Origin: Minisyncoccota bacterium
GTDB taxonomy: Bacteria; Patescibacteriota; Microgenomatia; UBA1400; PJMF01
Length of the DNA stretch: 61,084 bases
Reading direction: 5' to 3'
Assembly (NCBI GenBank): GCA_029881675.1
Contig: JAOUMD010000003.1
Coordinates: forward strand, 1 to 61,084
Both the position numbers and the translations under genes were made by a program. A model generated the notes under the pieces. The model was not told the origin of the DNA. It did not search any database and saw nothing but the letters and a program-made list of their open reading frames with translations. How positions within the stretch are numbered: the first letter of the stretch is position 1; every line of letters begins with the position of its first letter. Of this stretch, positions 18,940-26,299 are shown piece by piece.

Positions 18940-18940
18940 G

Positions 18941-19528
18941 CTAGTGCATTTCTATCATTTCTACATCTTCTGTATCGCAAACTCCTCCAGGGCAAGCTGG
19001 GTGAAATTTAGGTCTTTTGACTATTCCCGCTTTAATAAGTCCATTATAAATATAACAACCGACACAGATACCCATAGTTGATTCCAGCCACATCATGAAA
19101 AGACAAAGGGCACAGATCAACAAAGGTACAATCGTTTCCATCTTTAAAACAAAAATGAGCAGGATCATGATTGATGAAACTGACAAACCTATGCTCCAAG
19201 CAAATCTTTTTTGAATAGCACCACAGTACTCAGGTTTTTGATTTGAAATAAGTGGTCTAGAGAGGAAACCATAGATACTATACTTTGGTCCTCTCGATAC
19301 TTTAAGTAGAAAGTCCAAAAAGAATGTAGGAAGAACAAACTTTAGCATCGTAAAGTCCCAAGTTGAGAAAGTATAAAAAAAAGTAAATACTCCGATAAAG
19401 AGCATAATACCGGCTGTGGCTCTAACTGCTCTATCATTGACTACTGGATATGGGGCATCTTTACCATTTATCTTTAAATCTGGGATGATTTGACCAAATT
19501 CTTCATTAGGAACAAACAGTTTATTCAT
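18941..19528 (-). CDS. DUF4395-like membrane protein
   Basis: NDRAVRATAG... followed by 4 TM helices and a C-terminal CVGC motif. Confidence 0.45.
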   Translation of the reverse strand: MNKLFVPNEEFGQIIPDLKINGKDAPYPVVNDRAVRATAGIMLFIGVFTFFYTFSTWDFTMLKFVLPTFFLDFLLKVSRGPKYSIYGFLSRPLISNQKPEYCGAIQKRFAWSIGLSVSSIMILLIFVLKMETIVPLLICALCLFMMWLESTMGICVGCYIYNGLIKAGIVKRPKFHPACPGGVCDTEDVEMIEMH

Positions 19529-19605
19529 ATTTCTATCTTATGTAATTAACAATAATAAGGATATTTATTTCATTTTGATTGTATCAAATAATGATATCAG
19601 TTGTC

Positions 19606-20367
19606 TTATACAGCTAGTGTATTAAGGTTGAAAAACTGGAGTAACTGAATGCTAATTATTTCAACTTTATTGAGAAACAATAAAATACCCATTAGAATAA
19701 TAATGACAGCAGAAATATCATGAAGGATTTTTCCAAATTTTCTAGTTTTAATGAGTTTTGTAGAAATACTTTCAAAGAAAAGAGCTGTTATTATAAATGG
19801 TAATCCAAGTCCAATCCCATAAGCAAGGAGAAGGCTCATGCCTTTCCAAACTGTTGTTGCTTGTGCTGACCAAAATAGAATGACTGCCAAAACAGGTCCA
19901 ATACAAGGCGTCCATGCAAAGCCAAAAGCCATCCCAACTAAGAAAGAATGAAGTTCTTTATATTTTTCTAAAGACTTAGGTAACTCAAATTTTCTTTCTT
20001 GGTATAGTTGTTGAATCTTGATAACATCAAGCATAAATAGTCCCATGATGACAAAAACTATCCCAGAAATTTTTCTAATAAGTGGTTTATATTGGGCAAG
20101 TAAAATTCCTAGCGTTTGAGTGGTTGCTCCAAGTAATACAAATATAAAGATAAACCCTAGAGTAAAAATTACTCCATTCACAAAAACTCTTCTTTTGAAG
20201 ATGCTTTTATCTGTTTCTTCCTCTTGTTTTGAAGTTGCAATACCAGCAAGGTAAGCAAGATAAGTTGGAACAAGTGGTAATAGGCATGAGGCAAAGAAAG
20301 TAATAATTCCTCCAAGAAAGGCAATCAATAAATTAACTTGAGATCCATCAAACATATTTTGAAACAT
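19606..20367 (-). CDS. ccdA: cytochrome c biogenesis CcdA/DsbD-family thiol-disulfide transporter
   Basis: Conserved Cys motifs ASCLLPLVPTYL and TPCIGPVL in a 6-TM protein. Confidence 0.8.
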   Translation of the reverse strand: MFQNMFDGSQVNLLIAFLGGIITFFASCLLPLVPTYLAYLAGIATSKQEEETDKSIFKRRVFVNGVIFTLGFIFIFVLLGATTQTLGILLAQYKPLIRKISGIVFVIMGLFMLDVIKIQQLYQERKFELPKSLEKYKELHSFLVGMAFGFAWTPCIGPVLAVILFWSAQATTVWKGMSLLLAYGIGLGLPFIITALFFESISTKLIKTRKFGKILHDISAVIIILMGILLFLNKVEIISIQLLQFFNLNTLAV

Positions 20368-20368
20368 A

Positions 20369-20707
20369 TTAAGAAAGGTGGTTGGTTCCTTGTTTTAGGA
20401 TTGGGATTACCTCAGGCCCGTAGTGGTTAATAAATTGATCAAAGTTTTCTTCTACCAGAGAAGATAAAAAAGTATCTTTAGTTTGTGTAGTTTGGTAATA
20501 ACAAGTATTATTTGGTTTTTCTCTTTTTAAAATACCTTTATCTACCATTCTATTCATAACTGTCATCACAGTAGTGTAGGCAGGGTTAAGGTCATTAGAA
20601 AGTTGTTCCAAGACATGTCTGACACAGACTTTTTTACTTTGCCAAGCAATCTTTAAGATTTCTCTTTCTAGTGGTCCAAGTGAATAATTAATTGAATTTT
20701 TAGACAT
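20369..20707 (-). CDS. BlaI/MecI/CopY-family transcriptional repressor
   Basis: LGPLEREILKIAW...AYTTVMTVMNRMVDKGILKRE, the family's winged helix. Confidence 0.8.
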   Translation of the reverse strand: MSKNSINYSLGPLEREILKIAWQSKKVCVRHVLEQLSNDLNPAYTTVMTVMNRMVDKGILKREKPNNTCYYQTTQTKDTFLSSLVEENFDQFINHYGPEVIPILKQGTNHLS

Positions 20708-20726
20708 CTACTACTTAGTGTAGTAG
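20708..20726. promoter_or_regulatory. candidate operator palindrome
   Basis: CTACTAC-TTAGT-GTAGTAG abuts the repressor start codon in the divergent promoter region shared with msrA. It contains TAC...GTA as in BlaI/CopY boxes. Confidence 0.35.
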
Positions 20727-20781
20727 TCATTTGTTTTAATAACAAGTAGGTAATTCACTACCATTTTGGTATAAGTAAGAA

Positions 20782-21417
20782 GTGTTAAAAATTCTTATCC
20801 TCTTTATATTATTTACTATATTTAAATTTCTTAAAACCATGTTACAAAAAATATTTCCCAATATGTTCAAGTCAAATCCCAACTCTAGTTCAGATGAATT
20901 TAAAGAAGGTAAAGAAGAATTGAAATTATTTGAGTCAGATCCTAAATTAAAAAAAGCTACATTTGCAGGAGGTTGTTTCTGGTGTATGGAAGGGCCACTA
21001 GAGTCAGTGAAAGGGGTTGAGGGAGTTGTGCTTGGATATACTGGCGGAGGGAGAGAAACCGCCTTAGTTTTTTATGATCCAAACATTACAAAGTATAAAG
21101 ATCTTGTAGAGATGTATTGGAAGTTTATTGATCCAACTGATCCAGATGGCCAATTTGCAGACCGTGGTAGTAGATATCACTTAGGTATTTTTTACCATAC
21201 ACAAGAGCAGCAGGAGATAGCGGCACAATATATAAGAGAAATGGAAGAGAGTGGTAAGTATGATAAGCCAATTACAGTAGAATTATTACCTGAAGAAGAT
21301 TTTAAGTTAGCAGAAGACTATCATCAAAACTATTATAAAAAGCAGTCAAAGAATTATAAGGAGTATTATAGAGGTTCAGGTAGACAAGCTTTTGTAGAAT
21401 CAAATAGTTTTGAGTAG
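20782..21417 (+). CDS. msrA: peptide-methionine (S)-S-oxide reductase MsrA with N-terminal membrane/signal segment and an internal deletion
   Basis: GGCFWCMEG active-site motif, DPTDPDGQFADRGSRY, and GSGRQAF at the C-terminus. GYTGG runs directly into GRETALVFYDP, so the conserved [8 protein letters not shown]..TGH segment is missing. Confidence 0.8.
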   Translation: MLKILILFILFTIFKFLKTMLQKIFPNMFKSNPNSSSDEFKEGKEELKLFESDPKLKKATFAGGCFWCMEGPLESVKGVEGVVLGYTGGGRETALVFYDPNITKYKDLVEMYWKFIDPTDPDGQFADRGSRYHLGIFYHTQEQQEIAAQYIREMEESGKYDKPITVELLPEEDFKLAEDYHQNYYKKQSKNYKEYYRGSGRQAFVESNSFE

Positions 21418-22047
21418 CTTCTTAACAATTTTATTTATTTTATTTGTTTTTTTCTTTGTCCAAGAAAATTGAAGATTATTTAAAGACTTTTTGCTAGATA
21501 GTTTATTTATATAATATTTTCCAAATATCTTTGTAAAATAGTTAACCTGATTTCTCTTTTTAATTAAAGGTCTTAGTCTTCTGACATGAAAGAGATCTAG
21601 ATCATCGAGATCTTTAAGAATCTTTGCTTCAATACTGTTTAATGGAAAAAATTGAAATTGAGCATGTTTGCGGATGGCATAGTTTACCTCAACAATAATA
21701 GATTTAGGTAGTAGTCCTACTGAATGTTTACTAAAGATAATCACAGAACCAAAGCCTTCATAAATTTGATGGAAAAGAAGTTTGAATGGATTGAGTGATT
21801 GTTTTTTTGCTTTCCAAGTATCATGCCAAATAATGGAAAGTAGTAAAATTTCAAAATTAATTTTTTTATGATTCCTATTATCTTTAAGAAATGATTCTAA
21901 ATTACTTAGTAGCCTACCGATGTGATGATTATCATGTAGCTGGTCAATACTATCAGCCATTTTTTGTTCCCCTACCCTACAAAGCATTAGGGTTTTTTTA
22001 GAGATTTTTATTTTAGGATGATTCTTAAGAAATTTATCAATATACAT
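21400..22047 (-). CDS. HD-superfamily-like hypothetical protein
   Basis: H (DNHHIGR) ... HD (IIWHDTWK) ... D (KDLDDLD) spacing. Weak assignment. Confidence 0.35.
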   Translation of the reverse strand: MYIDKFLKNHPKIKISKKTLMLCRVGEQKMADSIDQLHDNHHIGRLLSNLESFLKDNRNHKKINFEILLLSIIWHDTWKAKKQSLNPFKLLFHQIYEGFGSVIIFSKHSVGLLPKSIIVEVNYAIRKHAQFQFFPLNSIEAKILKDLDDLDLFHVRRLRPLIKKRNQVNYFTKIFGKYYINKLSSKKSLNNLQFSWTKKKTNKINKIVKKLLKTI

Positions 22048-22131
22048 GAAGGGATATTATAACAGTAATACACTTTATGGTATGAAAAAGGAGCCATTTG
22101 CAGACTCCCTTTTTGTTTTGCTTTTGCACCT

Positions 22132-22464
22132 TTATTCGAGTGTTTCAGGTGGGAATTCCTCATCAAGAGTATAGGGTAATCCCTCTCCGCCATGAACAAC
22201 ATAGCATTTCATCAGAGTAAATTCTTTCTGAGTATCTAATTGATCATCAGGGAATTCCTGTCGCCATTTCTTAACTACATCACTAAAGATAGCCATTTCA
22301 GTCTCAGTTACCTGTTTAAGGGTAATGATTCTGAACTTGAGGGTCGGAATGTTTTCAATAGGTGCGCCATTTAAGCGCCATTCATAACTCTCAATCTTTT
22401 TTAAGATTTGTGATTTGCGATGTGTAGGTGCATTTTTTGGAATTTGCATAACATAAACTGCCAT
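22132..22464 (-). CDS. hypothetical protein (110 aa)
   Basis: ATG at 22464 is preceded by GGAGG 8 nt upstream; the TTG start in the track is inside the SD. No recognisable family. Confidence 0.5.
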   Translation of the reverse strand: MAVYVMQIPKNAPTHRKSQILKKIESYEWRLNGAPIENIPTLKFRIITLKQVTETEMAIFSDVVKKWRQEFPDDQLDTQKEFTLMKCYVVHGGEGLPYTLDEEFPPETLE

Positions 22465-22513
22465 TGGTATAACCTCCAATATAAATGTATAGATGTTTAC
22501 ATATCCAGTGAGT

Positions 22514-22542
22514 ATTATAAGTTAGAATATGATTTAATGCAA
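22514..22542 (-). promoter_or_regulatory. sigma70-type promoter (TTGCAT-17-TATAAT on minus strand)
   Basis: Plus-strand ATGCAA at 22537-22542 and ATTATA at 22514-22519, with a 17-nt spacer. Confidence 0.55.
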
Positions 22543-22595
22543 TAACTATGGGTCATATGTTATTTTATTAATTATTTTTCTGTTATCATTAATAC

Positions 22596-23321
22596 ATGGG
22601 TCAAAATATATCAGAGAATGTGATCGTCATTGAAGGCCATTCTGGGGTTGGTAAAACATCTACGGCACAAACATTGGCTGTAGAGTTAGGCTATGCCTTT
22701 TTAGACTCAGGTCTTGTTTACCGAGCTTTTAGTCTTCATCTAATCCGTCATGATATCCCACTTGTTCCCAAATTAGTTTATAGAGCTTTAGATTCTTTTG
22801 ATCCATATATAAAAAAGGATGGTTCTGTAATTTTAGAAGGTCATGATGTCACTTCTCTACTTCATGATAGACAAGTTACTGAGATTGTATCTTCTGTCAG
22901 TAGTGCTCAATTTGTTAGAAAAAAAGTAAATAAGATAATGTTAGATTTTAGTTCTAGATACGAAGGACAAGTAGTTATCACTGGCCGTAGTACCGCTGCT
23001 GAGGTCTTTCCAGAAACAAGATTAATCTTTGATCTTCAAGCTGATGCTGAAGTCAGAGCAATGAGAAGGTTTACGCAAAGAATGGAAACTTGGAATGGTG
23101 AAGGTATGGAGCCTAATTATGATGAGATCTTAGTAGCATTAAGAAAGAGAGATCTTTCTGATATTAACAAACCAGTCATGCCAATGGCAACAAATGAGCA
23201 GGCTGTGATAATTAATACTGAGGAATTGGATTTGAAAGAAGTTGTGGATCAAATTTCAAAAGAAGTTAGATTGAAGATAGCTACAATAGAAGGAGTAATG
23301 AGAAGAAATAAAGAATTATAA
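22596..23321 (+). CDS. cmk: cytidylate kinase
   Basis: IVIEGHSGVGKTSTAQTLAVELGYAFLDSGLVYRA (P-loop followed by LDSGxxYR). Confidence 0.8.
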   Translation: MGQNISENVIVIEGHSGVGKTSTAQTLAVELGYAFLDSGLVYRAFSLHLIRHDIPLVPKLVYRALDSFDPYIKKDGSVILEGHDVTSLLHDRQVTEIVSSVSSAQFVRKKVNKIMLDFSSRYEGQVVITGRSTAAEVFPETRLIFDLQADAEVRAMRRFTQRMETWNGEGMEPNYDEILVALRKRDLSDINKPVMPMATNEQAVIINTEELDLKEVVDQISKEVRLKIATIEGVMRRNKEL

Positions 23322-23798
23322 TTTTTGGTAAATTATTTTGTTATTTGTCCATGACAAATATCTTTTAAAATCATCTGTATTAATTACAAGAGTAGCTGTA
23401 TTTATATTTGGGTGGAAACCAGCTTGTTTATAATCCATTAAATCTTGATCAATAAAAACAGTTACATTTTTTTCTTTATTGTTAATTAAAGTAAATGGAG
23501 AAACTGAGCCAGGTGTTACATGAAGGTATTTCATTAAGTCTTCTGGAGAGGCAAAGCTTAATTTCTTCTCACCTAATTTTTCTGAAAAACTTTTTATGTC
23601 AAATTTTTTATCTGCTTCCATTACAACTAAGTAATAGTTTGTTTTCTTTTTATTTCTTAAAAATAAATTTTTGCTATGACAAGTCCCCTCTTCTAATTGA
23701 TATTGATCAGCTTCTTGGGTGGTAAAGACTGCGGGGTGATCAATCTTTTGGTAATTAATATTAAGATCTTTTAGAACCTTATAGATATCATTTGACAT
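23316..23798 (-). CDS. YbaK/ProX-type aminoacyl-tRNA editing domain protein
   Basis: The size and the KNLFLRNKK...YLVV...HPN motifs are typical of prolyl-tRNA-synthetase-associated domains. Confidence 0.55.
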   Translation of the reverse strand: MSNDIYKVLKDLNINYQKIDHPAVFTTQEADQYQLEEGTCHSKNLFLRNKKKTNYYLVVMEADKKFDIKSFSEKLGEKKLSFASPEDLMKYLHVTPGSVSPFTLINNKEKNVTVFIDQDLMDYKQAGFHPNINTATLVINTDDFKRYLSWTNNKIIYQKL

Positions 23799-24363
23799 GA
23801 GTTAACATTTCTCCTAGTTTTTTATAGTTTTTTGTGAACTTTTTCATTCTTTCTTGATATGGGAATTGAGCCCAACTTCGATGATCATCTCTGAAAGCAA
23901 TAATACTAGACCAACCAGGATCATAACTTTTGTCTTTAGATAAATTGTTATCTAATTTAATTTCATTTAATATCTGACACTCTACTTTATGAAGCAATTC
24001 AATTATCTCTCCGTTTGGAGTGGCATAAACAAGCCCAAGATCAAAAGTCGCATTTCTATTTTCTTCATCTTTCATAAGGTTTAAAACTTGTTGTGCAGAT
24101 AATGTTTTTTCTACAAAAGACATATATGGTCCAGGAAAGTTATTTAGTGTTTCAATAGCAAAACCATGATCTTCTCTGATTACTGGTTTATTTAAATTCT
24201 TGGCTTCTTGTACTGCCATATCTTTGGCAATATTTATAACATTGTTATCTTGAATTTCTGCTAAGTTTGTTTTATGGCCTACAACATTAATACTAAAAGG
24301 TTTTAGTGCTAATTGTGCTGTCTCAATTTTGAAGTGGTTGCCGGTCAGTAAAGTAATTGTCAT
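23788..24363 (-). CDS. HAM1/ITPase-like non-canonical purine NTP pyrophosphatase, divergent
   Basis: ITLLTGNHFKIETA N-terminus and REDHGFAIETLNNFPGPYMS (compare DDSGLxVDALxGxPGxYS). Confidence 0.55.
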   Translation of the reverse strand: MTITLLTGNHFKIETAQLALKPFSINVVGHKTNLAEIQDNNVINIAKDMAVQEAKNLNKPVIREDHGFAIETLNNFPGPYMSFVEKTLSAQQVLNLMKDEENRNATFDLGLVYATPNGEIIELLHKVECQILNEIKLDNNLSKDKSYDPGWSSIIAFRDDHRSWAQFPYQERMKKFTKNYKKLGEMLTHVK

Positions 24364-24986
24364 TATAAAAGTGTGTTTACTTTAGTTAAAAGAAGATCTA
24401 AGGCCACATTATTTCTTCCACCTTCTGGAATAATAATATCGGCATATCTTTTATTTGGTTCAACAAATTCTTCATGCATTGGCTTAGTAAATTTAAGATA
24501 TTGGTCTACAACAAAATCAAGAGTTCTACCTCTCTCTTCAATGTCTCTTTTGATTCTTCTGATAATCCTGATGTCATCCTCAGTATCAACAAAAACTTTT
24601 AGATCCATTAAGTCTCTTAATCTTTTTGGTTCAAAAATTAAAATGCCTTCTATGATAATTACTTTATTTGGTTGTAAAACTGTTGTTTGTTTGGAGCGAG
24701 TATGATTTACAAAGTCATAAATAGGCTGTTTGACTGCTTTACCAGCTGTTAGGCCTTTTAGTTTAGTGATTAAAAGATCCGTTTCTAAAGAGTCAGGATG
24801 ATCATAATTTGTCTTTACTCTTTCTTTCATTGGTAAATGATCTTGGTTTCTGTAATAGTCATCATGGGATATACAGGTAACTGATTCATCACCTAATACT
24901 TTGATTAGGTTTTCTACAATGGTGGTTTTTCCAGAGCCACTACCTCCGGCTACGCCAATAATGAAGGGTTTTTTTGAGGAAGACAT
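24363..24986 (-). CDS. udk: uridine kinase
   Basis: IIGVAGGSGSGKTT P-loop, DDYY, and IIIEGIL. Confidence 0.85.
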   Translation of the reverse strand: MSSSKKPFIIGVAGGSGSGKTTIVENLIKVLGDESVTCISHDDYYRNQDHLPMKERVKTNYDHPDSLETDLLITKLKGLTAGKAVKQPIYDFVNHTRSKQTTVLQPNKVIIIEGILIFEPKRLRDLMDLKVFVDTEDDIRIIRRIKRDIEERGRTLDFVVDQYLKFTKPMHEEFVEPNKRYADIIIPEGGRNNVALDLLLTKVNTLL

Positions 24987-25014
24987 ATTTGTATTGTAAC
25001 ATTTGTTTAAATGT

Positions 25015-25046
25015 ACAAAAAAAACCTACTGTGTATGCAGTAGGTT
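25015..25046 (-). terminator. intrinsic terminator ending the island operon
   Basis: Minus strand reads AACCTACTG-CATACA-CAGTAGGTT followed by a T run (plus-strand A8 at 25017-25024). Confidence 0.75.
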
Positions 25047-25147
25047 CATTGTTTTGATTTGAGTCCGGGATTATCCCCCCGGTGGGTATTGAGTTGTACC
25101 CTTCCTTTTTAGGTTGGGGTTAAATGGAGATTTTATCGTATTGGTAC

Positions 25148-26152
25148 TTATTCGCCGAAACCACCAAGTGAAGTTTGGCTAAATGAGGCACCGGATTGTG
25201 ATGCAGACACGGCTGATTCACTGAAGGTTTGGAATGCCGCCCGGATTTCTTGATCCGAATTGCCGGGTGTTAAAATCCAGCTATCAGGAATACCCATGCT
25301 TCCAAACACAACGCGGAAGTCTGTCCCGCGAAGTTCAATTCCCATGCCACAAACGATATGACGTTCACTATCAAGCATGTCTTGCGATAAGTTTGCGGCA
25401 TCACTTGCTTTTACGCCACCGGAATGTTCGTCAGCACCATCTGACATCAACATACTTACTGAGCGAACACCGACACCACTTTCTTTGGCTTCCTGAGTTT
25501 TTGCAATCATGGTACTCCAGAAAGTGATAGCGTGTTTGTAGAGTGGTGTTCCGCCAGTCGGATGATACAGATGCAGACCTGATGCAGAGTCATTGAATTT
25601 TTGCACAAGTTCTGAGTCATAGCGATTGACGATGCGTTCAATAAAATCACTAACACTGAGACCGTTTTCTGCGGCAACTTTGTTCAGTGCTTCTACAGCC
25701 CGGCTATCTTTATTTGCATAGAGCGTTGCTAGTGTGTAGAGTGAAACAAACTGACCGACATTTTCCAGTGGGGTAAATGGAAGCATCGTCCCACCATTAA
25801 TGTCTTGTATCATCAACAGAACGTCATCACGATGTTTCGCACCCATAAGTGAATCACGTACAAGGTTAAGACCTGTTTCAACGCTTTCTACATTGCCACC
25901 AGCGCGGATATAGATTGTCTCACCATCGATGACTACTTCTTTTGTAACAGTACCATGGAACATTGAAGTCGAGTTATCAACATCAATTCCCATTAAAAGT
26001 AGCTCGTTGGCTTCAACGTCTTCGATACCTGTGCCGAATGCGTTCTGAATTTCTAATCCCATGTTCATTCCTGAAAATGCTGTCATTGACATTGGGCTGA
26101 CATCGCCCTCATCTGCTGCGTTTGCCATGAGTTCTTCAATATAGCTTGTCAT
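25148..26152 (-). CDS. TerY-like von Willebrand factor A (vWA) domain protein
   Basis: MIDAS DxSxS (IDVDNSTS), GGTPLY Thr and MSDGADE Asp. Ser-rich C-terminal tail (SASQSGASFSQTSLGGFGE). Confidence 0.7.
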   Translation of the reverse strand: MTSYIEELMANAADEGDVSPMSMTAFSGMNMGLEIQNAFGTGIEDVEANELLLMGIDVDNSTSMFHGTVTKEVVIDGETIYIRAGGNVESVETGLNLVRDSLMGAKHRDDVLLMIQDINGGTMLPFTPLENVGQFVSLYTLATLYANKDSRAVEALNKVAAENGLSVSDFIERIVNRYDSELVQKFNDSASGLHLYHPTGGTPLYKHAITFWSTMIAKTQEAKESGVGVRSVSMLMSDGADEHSGGVKASDAANLSQDMLDSERHIVCGMGIELRGTDFRVVFGSMGIPDSWILTPGNSDQEIRAAFQTFSESAVSASQSGASFSQTSLGGFGE

Positions 26153-26217
26153 GTGTTTTTCTTACTCCGTGAGTTAAATTAAATGAATGGTTTTTGGTTT
26201 AGTGTTACGTTTGTTAG

Positions 26218-26249
26218 TAGTTCCAGCCTTGTTAAAGAGGCTGGAACTA
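26218..26249 (-). promoter_or_regulatory. intra-operon stem-loop between the hydrolase and vWA genes
   Basis: 11-bp perfect stem TAGTTCCAGCC/GGCTGGAACTA with a 10-nt loop. No U tract follows on either strand. Confidence 0.6.
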
Positions 26250-26299
26250 AGGTGGTGTATTACCGAAAGATAGTACATTTCCCAGTAAACTTTACGTTA

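Noticed and set aside
22088-22118. A hairpin downstream of the 110-aa gene (AAAAAGGAG...CTCCCTTTTT) as an intrinsic terminator.
   Set aside because: Only 4 G-C/A-T core pairs plus A/T pairs, interrupted by an A-C mismatch and with an 11-nt loop. It is too weak to annotate as a feature.
24987-25014. A possible leaderless udk mRNA (TGTTACAAT extended -10-like box ending about 6 nt before the ATG on the minus strand).
   Set aside because: This is a single weak motif in AT-rich sequence with no supporting -35 box. It cannot be distinguished from chance without transcription-start-site data.
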